Positions 11,070 to 19,878 of a stretch of DNA of 64,000 bases are shown here, in pieces. Below the pieces are notes generated by a model. The model was not told where the DNA came from and ran no database searches. It saw only the letters and a list, made by a program, of their open reading frames with translations. This stretch comes from Candidatus Anstonellales archaeon (GTDB taxonomy: Archaea; Micrarchaeota; Micrarchaeia; Anstonellales; J096), in the NCBI GenBank assembly GCA_038896535.1, contig JAWACY010000002.1, positions 32,001-96,000 of the forward strand, written 5' to 3'. Made by a program: the position numbers and the translations under genes. How positions within the stretch are numbered: position 1 is the first letter of the stretch; each line of letters opens with the position of its first letter.

Positions 11070-11220
11070 AATTAATGTTTATATTTAGTTATATAAAAAC
11101 TTTTTCCCTAATTTTCAATCTTTTTAAATTTTTCGCTTATAGTTCCTGGCTTTCACCAACCCACTACTATTAATCCCAATATTTCTCTTCCACCAAATTA
11201 ACCCCCCACATTTATTGATC

Positions 11221-11702
11221 ATAGTATTACTCTTATTATTCGATTTACATTTTCTACCAGAAAAGTCCTCAGGGAAGTCCAAGGACTTCCTGAGTCGCAG
11301 TACTCTTATTATTCGATTTACATTTTCTACTTTTGTGGCGGAGTTTTAACAGACATGCATTTAAATCTTGTCGCAGTACTCTTATTATTCGATTTACATT
11401 TTCTACTTATAAATCTTTTGGTTTAATATGTGTTATAGAAAAGTCGCAGTACTCTTATTATTCGATTTACATTTTCTACAAAACAGAAGAGAGGGGCTGT
11501 TAGATATATTTTTGAGTCGCAGTACTCTTATTATTCGATTTACATTTTCTACTACAACAGCAACAGCAAAACAACGAAGAAGAAAAAATAAGTCGCAGTA
11601 CTCTTATTATTCGATTTACATTTTCTACTGCTTGGGAGTGAGGAGGGAGAGAATGGGTAGACAAAGTCGCAGTACTCTTATTATTCGATTTACATTTTCT
11701 AC
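11221..11702 (-). CRISPR. CRISPR array with 7 repeats (one degenerate) and 6 spacers of 36-39 bp; repeat on - strand GTAGAAAATGTAAATCGAATAATAAGAGTACTGCGAC
   Basis: Exact 37-bp copies start at 11294, 11370, 11443, 11516, 11592 and 11666; degenerate copy ends at 11257 (trailer end), implying - strand transcription. Confidence 0.98.
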
Positions 11703-11904
11703 ATGAAGGTTGTAACAGAAAAAAATGGTCGTCTGTGAATTTGGGGCAGTTGAATGATTTTATATGCAGTCATAACTGCTCATTTTTTGAAACATATAAA
11801 AATAAAAGCAAAATAACAGACAACCAAGTGTGGCAGACTTCTTATAACGATTAAGCCACAATAAATATAATAAAGAAATATTTAAAAATTGATGTTTTAG
11901 GCGT
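11703..11904 (-). promoter_or_regulatory. CRISPR leader
   Basis: AT-rich 200-bp stretch between the cas2 stop and the first intact repeat, opposite the degenerate repeat. Confidence 0.7.
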
Positions 11905-12183
11905 TTAAAAATTGATATAATCCTCATCTTCAGGGTAAAAACCTTTACCAAAACATAAAACAGATGAGCTTTTACACTTATAAAGCAATATAACATGTAT
12001 TGTATCAGAGCTAAATTCTTTGCATTTATCCAGTAATTTATTTAACCTATCATCCCTAAGAGTGCCCATAAATCCGCTTTTTTGTACTCTCTCTAACCCC
12101 AAATCCTTTAAAAATTCTCCAAAATGACTCCTTTTTCTATCATCAGATATGTCATAGAAAACAGCAACATCTAAAAATTCCAT
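11905..12183 (-). CDS. cas2: CRISPR-associated Cas2
   Basis: FYDISDDRKR, ERVQKSGF; overlaps cas1 end. Confidence 0.93.
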   Translation of the reverse strand: MEFLDVAVFYDISDDRKRSHFGEFLKDLGLERVQKSGFMGTLRDDRLNKLLDKCKEFSSDTIHVILLYKCKSSSVLCFGKGFYPEDEDYINF

Positions 12184-13079
12184 TCTGACACCTTTGGCAC
12201 TCTAAAATCCTGTTCTTCTAAAAAGAACGAAGCTACACGCCTAACGAATAAAAGTGTTGCTTTCTCAAAGTCATATAAAGAATTTTCAAAAATAAAATTT
12301 TCTTTTTTAAAGAATGCAACTACTTTTTTAGCATAATCCCTTTTAATAAGATCAAAATCTTTTTCTGGGTCGTCCTTTAAATATGAAAAAGCACAAAAAT
12401 CAACAAAAGGCCTGAACGGCTCCATTAAATCAAAAACAAATGAAGTTCTGTAATCCTTTGTTGCGTGCAAAATGCCCATATAAGGGTCTAAGCCGACACT
12501 TATTATTGCCTTTTCAATTGTATATCTCATTATCCCATAACCATAATTTAGGCATTTATTTAATGTATCTTCTGCCCCTATTTTAGTTCTTGTAAATCCC
12601 CTAAATATGCTGGATATGTTGCTCCAATAATCTTTTGCAAATAATGCCTCTTTATTCATAGCACTTTGCACATATTCTTTAATAGGCTCTCTGTTATTCA
12701 AAGAAAGATTAAACTGCAGGTTAAAACCAAATAATGAAGCAACTTGCTTTTGGCCCAACATTTTTGCTTTTATTATGTTATAAATAAATTTTTTCTTTTT
12801 TTCAGCAGATAATGACATTTGTGCTAATCTCAAAGTTGGTTTAGAAAGAGAGGTAGAAGGCAAAAAATATGTGGAGGCCATAGAAGAGAAGAATAAGGGA
12901 ACGTTGTTTTTGGAGAGGGAAAGAAGGAAATTAGAAGATAAAGCAACGCCCTCTCCTATTATTATGGCCTCCACCTTATCAAAGGACACTTCAAACAACG
13001 TTTCCCTTTTTTTCATAACTTTTACTCTGTTCCCCACCTTGGCAACAAAACACCCGTATTCACTTATCTCCAATATCAC
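12171..13079 (-). CDS. cas1: CRISPR-associated integrase Cas1
   Basis: EALFAKDYW, LNKCLNYGY, GLDPYMGILH, FDLMEPFRP; GAGGTGA SD. Confidence 0.95.
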   Translation of the reverse strand: MILEISEYGCFVAKVGNRVKVMKKRETLFEVSFDKVEAIIIGEGVALSSNFLLSLSKNNVPLFFSSMASTYFLPSTSLSKPTLRLAQMSLSAEKKKKFIYNIIKAKMLGQKQVASLFGFNLQFNLSLNNREPIKEYVQSAMNKEALFAKDYWSNISSIFRGFTRTKIGAEDTLNKCLNYGYGIMRYTIEKAIISVGLDPYMGILHATKDYRTSFVFDLMEPFRPFVDFCAFSYLKDDPEKDFDLIKRDYAKKVVAFFKKENFIFENSLYDFEKATLLFVRRVASFFLEEQDFRVPKVSEWNF

Positions 13080-13111
13080 CCCATCACCTCATTATATATA
13101 CGCGCTTCAAG

Positions 13112-13155
13112 ATTTTTAAGTTTAATCCCTAACATTAGGCATAAAGCTTAAAAAT
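13112..13155. promoter_or_regulatory. 44-bp imperfect palindrome between divergent cas1 and csa3-like genes
   Basis: ATTTTTAAGTTTAATCCCTAAC|ATTAGGCATAAAGCTTAAAAAT; 18 of 22 positions pair. Confidence 0.6.
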
Positions 13156-13175
13156 TTTTTGAATAATATTATAGT

Positions 13176-13850
13176 ATGGCAAAAACACAAATAATATTTG
13201 TTGGTGGTAGGGAAGATGCTGCTTGGGAGTCACTGGTGAAATTCAAAGATAGCGAAACTAATAAGATAATAGGTTTTTATTCTGAAAGAAGTAAAGATGT
13301 TTGGGAAAGGATAAAAGCTAGGTTAGAAAAGAAGATTACAATAGAAGATGTAGAAGTAGATTTATCAGATATGAAGCAAGTTTTATCATTATTAAGGGGT
13401 TATTTACAAAAAAAAGAAAACTTTATATTGAATGTTACAGGAGCGCCAAAAGAATTGTTATTGGGCATAATATTACTGGGTTTAGATAAAAGTTATTCAC
13501 ATATTGACATAGTTATGCTTCAGGTTGGTGGTAAAGAAATAGTTTTTAGCCCTGCTATGCTCAGATATGCAATATGTGATATAAATGGGAAGACAAAGAA
13601 ATTCTTGGAGGCTATATCAGAACAATTAGGGAATGGAGAAGAATTAAGCTTATCCGAATTGCAGAAGAAATTAAATAGAAGTAAAGCTACTTTATCTGAA
13701 TCCATCGCTAGAATGGAACAAAGAAAAATAATAATAAAAAGGAGAGAAAAAAACAAAATTTTTGTAAAGTTAAATCCTTTTGCTAAATCTATTATTGATA
13801 TTTTAATACTTAAAGAAACAAAAAATGGTGGTAAGAATGGAAGAAAATAA
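13176..13850 (+). CDS. csa3: Csa3-like CARF plus winged-HTH transcriptional regulator
   Basis: Rossmann-like N-domain with LNVTGAPK; C-terminal LSLSELQKKLNRSKATLSESIARME wHTH; inside cas locus. Confidence 0.78.
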   Translation: MAKTQIIFVGGREDAAWESLVKFKDSETNKIIGFYSERSKDVWERIKARLEKKITIEDVEVDLSDMKQVLSLLRGYLQKKENFILNVTGAPKELLLGIILLGLDKSYSHIDIVMLQVGGKEIVFSPAMLRYAICDINGKTKKFLEAISEQLGNGEELSLSELQKKLNRSKATLSESIARMEQRKIIIKRREKNKIFVKLNPFAKSIIDILILKETKNGGKNGRK

Positions 13851-15102
13851 AGATAAAGAGGGTAGGAAGGTTTACATAGCGGTAATAGGTGACTGGCATA
13901 GATATTGTCTGGCTAAAACATACGATGAAAACAACAATTATATAGGGGAATGCAAATACCCGCCTTTTGAAAAACTAAAAAGAGGGGATATTGATATACT
14001 TATAATTTTCAGAGAAGATACAAAAGAAACGCAGAAGGGTATTGATGAAATAAAAGAAAATCTTGGAGAAGAATTCGAAAAAAAAGTTATAGATAGAAAA
14101 TTAAATAGTAAAGAATCGAGCATGAGATTAATTGATGAATTATTAAATGAAATAGCTGCACTGAAAGATGAAGATGAAATAATTATTGATTTTACACATG
14201 GCAAAAAAAATTTTACTTCAACACTTCTAATTATAGGCTCTTTGTTAAAGGTACTAAACCCAGAAAAAACAAAGATTTTATATATAGACCATGATTGTCC
14301 TAAAATTAATAAAGCAACTCAAGGGAGTAAGGGAGAAGAATCAAGATATTTAGACGCTTCTTATTATGGCGACGTTATTGCAGAAATAATAAAAATAAAT
14401 GAAGCAGTAAGCCATTTGTCTCCAGAAAAAATGGAAGAGATTCTTAAAATGGAGAACGCAAAAGTTAGTAATGAAGTAAAAGCGCAAGAATCTGAGCAAG
14501 AAAAACAGGCTTCTTATAATAAACGCAGTTATATTACAGGCGTTTTAGGAAAACTAAAAAACTTACTCTTTGCCATTCGTTTGGGTATTGTTACTGATAA
14601 AGTAAAGAGTGAAATTGAAGAAATAATAAAAGAGGACGTTAATGATAATAAGGGCAAGACTAAATTTATATTAAAAAATACGCAAAGACAATTAAATAAA
14701 ATTTATGAACGCATACGCCATAATAAATTCTGGAAAAGACAAAAAGAACTTGGTGATTACATGTGGGATTTAGGCCAATATCAGTTGGCTGTTGCCTTAA
14801 TAAGAGAAGCATATATAAGTAGAGAAATAGAAAAGAGGGGGAAAAAAGATTTATATAATAAGGATGTAAGAGAACAAATTGGCTGGAAGTTATTTAATAA
14901 AAACGAGAATAAAAACTATTCATATGTGTCTGAAATTAGAAATGCACTTGAGCATGTATTTACTTCTAATAGCCATTACCAAAATTTTTCTGGCAGCATG
15001 GATGAATTGCCTAAATATAATAAGATCAACTTAAATAATATAAAAAGTAAATTACTAAAAGGGTTTGAAGATGGAGATAAAGATAGCAACAGCAATATTT
15101 GA
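13825..15102 (+). CDS. csx1: Csx1/Csm6-like CARF-HEPN ribonuclease
   Basis: IDFTHGKK CARF motif; IREA and RNALEH (R-X4-H) HEPN motif. Confidence 0.85.
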   Translation: MVVRMEENKDKEGRKVYIAVIGDWHRYCLAKTYDENNNYIGECKYPPFEKLKRGDIDILIIFREDTKETQKGIDEIKENLGEEFEKKVIDRKLNSKESSMRLIDELLNEIAALKDEDEIIIDFTHGKKNFTSTLLIIGSLLKVLNPEKTKILYIDHDCPKINKATQGSKGEESRYLDASYYGDVIAEIIKINEAVSHLSPEKMEEILKMENAKVSNEVKAQESEQEKQASYNKRSYITGVLGKLKNLLFAIRLGIVTDKVKSEIEEIIKEDVNDNKGKTKFILKNTQRQLNKIYERIRHNKFWKRQKELGDYMWDLGQYQLAVALIREAYISREIEKRGKKDLYNKDVREQIGWKLFNKNENKNYSYVSEIRNALEHVFTSNSHYQNFSGSMDELPKYNKINLNNIKSKLLKGFEDGDKDSNSNI

Positions 15103-15967
15103 AGCTATAACGCCAGTAAGAATTCCAAAACTTGCAACACTTATGCTTAGAGGAGTTGTAGGAGAGAAATTAAAGCTTTTAACATGTAGATATAGAACAA
15201 ATATATTATCTGGGAAATGTCATTTATGCAGTTATATCAAAACATGCCCTTATGGCTACTTATATGAGCAAGGACAGGACCCAATAAGGATCAATTCAGC
15301 TCTTACACCCCCTCCAAGGCCATATGTTTTTGAACCGCTTGAAAAAGAGGATTATATGCCTGGAGAAGAATTAAAAGTAAATATAAAAATAGCCACAAAA
15401 TATAATTGGGCAGATAAGTTCATAGAGCATGCTTTCTCATCTATAGATGAGTTGGGAAAAGACAAAAATAGAGGTTTTGGTAAAATAAAATTTAAAGATA
15501 TTAAGTGGGACAAGAAAGAAGTAAAACCTTTAGAATCGCTCCAAGATAGAGTTAGAGTTGAATTTAAAACTCCAACTGCTTTATATAGAGAAAAAGCATT
15601 ATTATTGTCGCCATCTCTTTATGATATTTTAATCTTTTCTGCAAGAAGGTTTTTCTTAATATATTCAACTTATTATGATAAAAACTATAAGTATAAATTT
15701 CATAATTTAGTAAAAGTAAAAGATAAAGCTTATGTGCATGCAACAAAAACTAAAGCTGAGCAGATAGAAAGATGGTCAAATAGAAGAAAAATGAGAGAGA
15801 ATATAACAGGTATATTAGGCAGTATAACATATTCTCTAAATAAAATAGATGATAAAGATTTAAGAAAAGATATAAGGTTTCTACTAGGTTTTGCAAACGA
15901 AATGAACGTTGGCAAGAGGGCATGCGCAGGCCTCGGGAAAGTCAAAATAACATCTTACTCAGCTTAA
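15065..15967 (+). CDS. cas6: crRNA processing endoribonuclease Cas6
   Basis: LRGVVG, Cys cluster CxxCxxxxxCPY, PPRPYV, FKTPT, C-terminal Gly loop VGKRACAGLG. Confidence 0.92.
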   Translation: MKMEIKIATAIFEAITPVRIPKLATLMLRGVVGEKLKLLTCRYRTNILSGKCHLCSYIKTCPYGYLYEQGQDPIRINSALTPPPRPYVFEPLEKEDYMPGEELKVNIKIATKYNWADKFIEHAFSSIDELGKDKNRGFGKIKFKDIKWDKKEVKPLESLQDRVRVEFKTPTALYREKALLLSPSLYDILIFSARRFFLIYSTYYDKNYKYKFHNLVKVKDKAYVHATKTKAEQIERWSNRRKMRENITGILGSITYSLNKIDDKDLRKDIRFLLGFANEMNVGKRACAGLGKVKITSYSA

Positions 15968-16008
15968 AATTAATGTTAATGATGCCAAAAAATCAATTCA
16001 CAATATCT

Positions 16009-16127
16009 GGATTGGGGTTGGGGGTGGGGTTGAGGCGGGATTTGGGCTGGGATTGGGATTGAGGTGGGTTTGGATTTGGGTTGGGAGTGGGATTGGAGTT
16101 AGTGGTAGGGGTTGGTTTTGGATTGGG
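16009..16127 (+). repeat. G-rich imperfect hexamer tract (GGGATT/GGGTTG/GGGTTT)
   Basis: About a dozen GGG runs in ~120 bp within an otherwise AT-rich sequence. Confidence 0.85.
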
Positions 16128-16686
16128 CTTTTAATGTGTTTAAAGCTATTAATTCTTCCATAACATTCTCAATTACAATGCCAAACAAGTTATTTATTAT
16201 TGCCAGCTCAACAGTTAATTCTCTTGCTTGCTCGTTTTTCATTAACTTGCCAAAAAGTGCGTTTTCCTCTTTTGTAAGATTTATTCCATCATTTTTTTTG
16301 CTTATTTTTTCATTTTCTACAGCGCTTGTGGCCTCATTAAAGTCTTTATTAAACTCTTCATCTTTATTCAAATATATAAAAGCAACCAATTGTGACAACT
16401 TCCCAATTAAATCTGGAAGCAATGCTTTTTCTTTTTTGTTCATGCCAATAATATCAAATAATGCATCTACCCTCAATCCCATCTGATCTCCTAGCATTTT
16501 TGTAACGTTTGTTAAATCAGGATCATTTTTTACTTTCATTATAATTTCACCAACAGGGATAAATCTATCTGTATAACTCTCTTGCATGTTTTCAACAAAA
16601 TTTTTAAATTTTAAAAGATCTGCAACGCTTTCCTTTATTATGCCTTCTCTTACATCAATTTCTTTATTTCTTCTCATTTCTACCAC
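16099..16686 (-). CDS. Hypothetical helical protein
   Basis: 195-aa ORF with AGGTGG SD-like sequence; 9 bp downstream of 16696..17241. Confidence 0.7.
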   Translation of the reverse strand: MVEMRRNKEIDVREGIIKESVADLLKFKNFVENMQESYTDRFIPVGEIIMKVKNDPDLTNVTKMLGDQMGLRVDALFDIIGMNKKEKALLPDLIGKLSQLVAFIYLNKDEEFNKDFNEATSAVENEKISKKNDGINLTKEENALFGKLMKNEQARELTVELAIINNLFGIVIENVMEELIALNTLKAQSKTNPYH

Positions 16687-16695
16687 CTTTTAATA

Positions 16696-17241
16696 TCACC
16701 TTTTAATATTAAATTCCTGATATGCTCTTGGGCCATAAGCATACAATATTAAAATTGTTAATTGCGGCACTTGGTTTCTAACAGAGCGCCAGTCCGATGC
16801 TGTTGATGGAAAAGTAAATGAAAGCACATGCTGCTCTTCTTTTTTCTCTTCATTAATCAATGAGAGTTTAATTGAATATTTTATATGCCCGTCACGTGTT
16901 TTTTCAATATCTTTATGCCTGTCCAATGCCCTAAAAATTTTATCTGGATTGCCTGTTTGACTGCTTACATACCTTTTTAAATCATTAACTAATTTCCTGA
17001 ATTCATGATCGCCATAATTGCTCAACATATTTAGCATTTCATTTGGGTGGATAAATGCTTTGCCTTGTTTTTTTAATTTAACATAAACTCTTGCAATAGC
17101 ATTTCTAATGCTATCTAATGTAATTAAATGCACAACTTCAGCAGCATCTTTGCTTATTTCTCTACCTTTTCTTTCTCCTTCCTTATTCTCAGCAATTATT
17201 GGCCCATAAGTTTTCAGCCTTTCCTTATCATCAAACTCCAT
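16696..17241 (-). CDS. Hypothetical protein with HicA-like motif
   Basis: EKTRDGHIKY...FTFPSTASDWRSVRN recalls HicA-like GH...PSTPSDxRxxxN proteins. Confidence 0.45.
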   Translation of the reverse strand: MEFDDKERLKTYGPIIAENKEGERKGREISKDAAEVVHLITLDSIRNAIARVYVKLKKQGKAFIHPNEMLNMLSNYGDHEFRKLVNDLKRYVSSQTGNPDKIFRALDRHKDIEKTRDGHIKYSIKLSLINEEKKEEQHVLSFTFPSTASDWRSVRNQVPQLTILILYAYGPRAYQEFNIKR

Positions 17242-17290
17242 GGTTATATAAATACTAAAACAATTTATAAACCTTATTCATTACATCTGC

Positions 17291-17824
17291 TTATTGCATC
17301 TGCCCTTGCTGTATATTTTGCAAGCTTTGCATATATCTCTCTTCATCTTCAAATGTAATGTCAGCTTTTTGCAAAACAGCATAATAATCCATTTCTTTTT
17401 TCCTTTTCAAGCCAATAAAAATATAATCGAGGCCTTTCCATGAGATATACCATGATGGAAATAACGCATAATCATATATTCTTGCTATTTGCGATTCTAA
17501 TGATATAATGAGAAAATATATCATAATGCCAACAACAAGGAGAAAAATGCCTTTTAAAAATGTCCATTTCATCTTTGATTCCTTGCTTTTTTGCTTCTTT
17601 TTAAAGAAATCTTTGAGCCTCTTCTTTATAGCTGTTTCATTCTGCTTATTCCTCTCTTTTGATGGCAGTGTTAATATAATTTTTTCAGGCCTTGTCCTTT
17701 TTGTCTTATTTTTCAATTCATCTATAAAATCAGCAGATATAAGTCTTGTTTCATACGGCCCTATATCAAAATCTGAGAATAAATCATCATAGTTATCAAG
17801 TGCAATAATGATTTGCTCTGCCAT
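17291..17824 (-). CDS. Hypothetical membrane protein (2 TM)
   Basis: YDDLFSDFD N-terminal motif; two hydrophobic segments. Confidence 0.7.
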   Translation of the reverse strand: MAEQIIIALDNYDDLFSDFDIGPYETRLISADFIDELKNKTKRTRPEKIILTLPSKERNKQNETAIKKRLKDFFKKKQKSKESKMKWTFLKGIFLLVVGIMIYFLIISLESQIARIYDYALFPSWYISWKGLDYIFIGLKRKKEMDYYAVLQKADITFEDEERYMQSLQNIQQGQMQ

Positions 17825-17827
17825 ATT

Positions 17828-18292
17828 TTAACCCAATGTTTTCAAGAAATTTAAAACTTCTTTTGCATGGCCTTTTGGATTGACATTGCTCCATTCTTTT
17901 ATTATTTTTCCCTCACTTATTAAAAACGTTTTTCTCATTATGCCCTTAAATACTCTTCCCATAAAAGATTTTTCTCCAAAAGCATTATATGCCTTTATTA
18001 CATCCATATTCTCATCACTCAAAAGCGTTATACCCAAATTATGGCCAATTATAAAATTCTCATGGCTTTTGCATGAATCAGCAGATATGCCAATAATAAA
18101 GGCATTCATGCCCTCAAATTCTTTTTTTAATGATGTAAATTCAATAGCCTCTGTTGTACAGCCTGGCGTGTTATCCTTTGGATAAAAATAAAGAACAATG
18201 TATTTATATTTTTTCATTAACTCCTTAAGGCAATGCTCTTTCCCATATGCATCTTTTAAACAAAAATCAACAGCTTTTTTTAGTGCTGGCAT
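17828..18292 (-). CDS. bcp: Peroxiredoxin Bcp/PrxQ
   Basis: YFYPKDNTPGCTTEA. Confidence 0.93.
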   Translation of the reverse strand: MPALKKAVDFCLKDAYGKEHCLKELMKKYKYIVLYFYPKDNTPGCTTEAIEFTSLKKEFEGMNAFIIGISADSCKSHENFIIGHNLGITLLSDENMDVIKAYNAFGEKSFMGRVFKGIMRKTFLISEGKIIKEWSNVNPKGHAKEVLNFLKTLG

Positions 18293-18364
18293 ATTTATAA
18301 AATAATAGCAAAGAATATAAATTTAATTCATTCAAAATCTTTCTTGCATTTTGTTGGTGGTATT

Positions 18365-19477
18365 ATGGAATTAAAAGAAGAGGCATTAAATATACATAAG
18401 AAGCTTAAAGGAAAGATAGAGATAAAAACAAAGGCAAACATGAAAACACAGGAAATGCTGAAACTTCTTTATACTCCTGGCGTTGCTGAAATAAGCAAAG
18501 AAATAATGAAAAATAAAGATAGCATATATGATTATACTTGGAAGAGCAGTGTAATAGCAATATTGAGCAATGGAACAAGATTGCTTGGATTGGGCAATGC
18601 AGGGCCTTATGCAGCATTGCCAGTTATGGAAGGAAAAGCAGCTTTATTCAAATCATATGCTAATGTTGATGCAGTGCCATTGTGCGTTGATTTATATTCT
18701 TTAGAAGAGCTTGAAGCCTTTGCAAAGGCAATACAGCCATGTTTTGGGGGCATAAATTTGGAGGACATACAAACAGACATTGCATTTTTCTTATATGAAA
18801 GGCTTTCTAATGAACTTGATATCCCAGTGTTCCATGATGACAGGCATGGCACTGGCATTGTTGTTTTAGCAGCATTAATAAATGCATTTAAATTGACAAA
18901 TAAGGGAAAAGAGGCAAAAATAACAATATATGGAGCAGGCTCAGCTGCGCTTGGAATAGCAGAAATATTAAATGCATATGGAATGAAAAATCTTGTAATA
19001 TATGATTCAAAAGGCCAGATAACAGAAAAAAGGCAAGACATAAAAGGCACATATAAAGAAGTGTTTCTCCAATTAATAGGGGAAGAGGAAAATGAAAAGA
19101 GTGATGTATTAATAGCAACTTCAGGGCCAGGAAGCATTGATGAGAAAATGCTTAAAAACATGGCAAATGACCCAATAATATTTACTTTATCAAATCCAGA
19201 GCCAGACATTGCATATAATATAGCAAAAAAATATTCAAATATTGTTGCAACTGGAAGGAGCGATATGCCAAATCAGGTAAATAATGTGCTTGCATTCCCA
19301 GGATTTTTCAAAGCACTGCTAAAGTACAGAATAAAAAAAGTGAAAAAGGACATGCAAATAAAGGCAGCAGAGGCAATAGCAAAAAGCGTTAGCCATTTAT
19401 CTTATGATTCTATACTGCCAAGACCATTCGATAAAAATGTAATTAAAAATATATTAAAGGCTTTGAAAACATTCTAA
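18365..19477 (+). CDS. NAD(P)-dependent malic enzyme
   Basis: YTPGVA, PVMEGKA, GINLEDI, FHDDRHGT, GAGSAA, SNPEP, NQVNNVLAFPG. Confidence 0.93.
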   Translation: MELKEEALNIHKKLKGKIEIKTKANMKTQEMLKLLYTPGVAEISKEIMKNKDSIYDYTWKSSVIAILSNGTRLLGLGNAGPYAALPVMEGKAALFKSYANVDAVPLCVDLYSLEELEAFAKAIQPCFGGINLEDIQTDIAFFLYERLSNELDIPVFHDDRHGTGIVVLAALINAFKLTNKGKEAKITIYGAGSAALGIAEILNAYGMKNLVIYDSKGQITEKRQDIKGTYKEVFLQLIGEEENEKSDVLIATSGPGSIDEKMLKNMANDPIIFTLSNPEPDIAYNIAKKYSNIVATGRSDMPNQVNNVLAFPGFFKALLKYRIKKVKKDMQIKAAEAIAKSVSHLSYDSILPRPFDKNVIKNILKALKTF

Positions 19478-19867
19478 GACAGCATCGCAATCATTAAAAC
19501 ATATACTTTCAAGGCTGTGCGCCTTCAATATTCTCTTATATTTAATTTTATATGCTTTTATGCCTGCTTTTTCCTTTTCTTTTTTAATCTCTACTAAGGC
19601 ATAAGCAATAATATCTTTATTTATGTTCGGCATCCACAAACAACATGGAGCATTGAATAATATGCTTTCTTTATTTTCAGAAAACATATGGCCAATTAAT
19701 TTTGCAATTATTGTATCAGCAACTCTTATATTTGCCATTTTTCTACCATGCTTTTTGTAAATTATAATATTCTCTTTTTTCCATGGATAAAAAATGGCAA
19801 TTGGGTATAAAAATAAGAGAAGAAATTCAACTAATAGGCTTAACATTTTTATCAGATAAAAATGCAT
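19454..19867 (-). CDS. Hypothetical protein, weakly DUF192-like
   Basis: IRVADTIIAKLIGHMF resembles the DUF192 motif; N-terminal TM segment. Confidence 0.45.
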   Translation of the reverse strand: MHFYLIKMLSLLVEFLLLFLYPIAIFYPWKKENIIIYKKHGRKMANIRVADTIIAKLIGHMFSENKESILFNAPCCLWMPNINKDIIAYALVEIKKEKEKAGIKAYKIKYKRILKAHSLESICFNDCDAVLECFQSL

Positions 19868-19878
19868 GTGCTTTTAAC

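Noticed and set aside
11258..11665. Self-targeting spacers
   Set aside because: No match found by eye in this window; ILREVQ in the DUF59 gene is only a peptide-level coincidence
11428..11706. 92-aa ORF across the array
   Set aside because: Translation of CRISPR repeats and spacers (SRSTLIIRFTFST recurs)
11760..11996. 78-aa ORF over the cas2 end and leader
   Set aside because: Overlaps cas2 out of frame; no protein-like features
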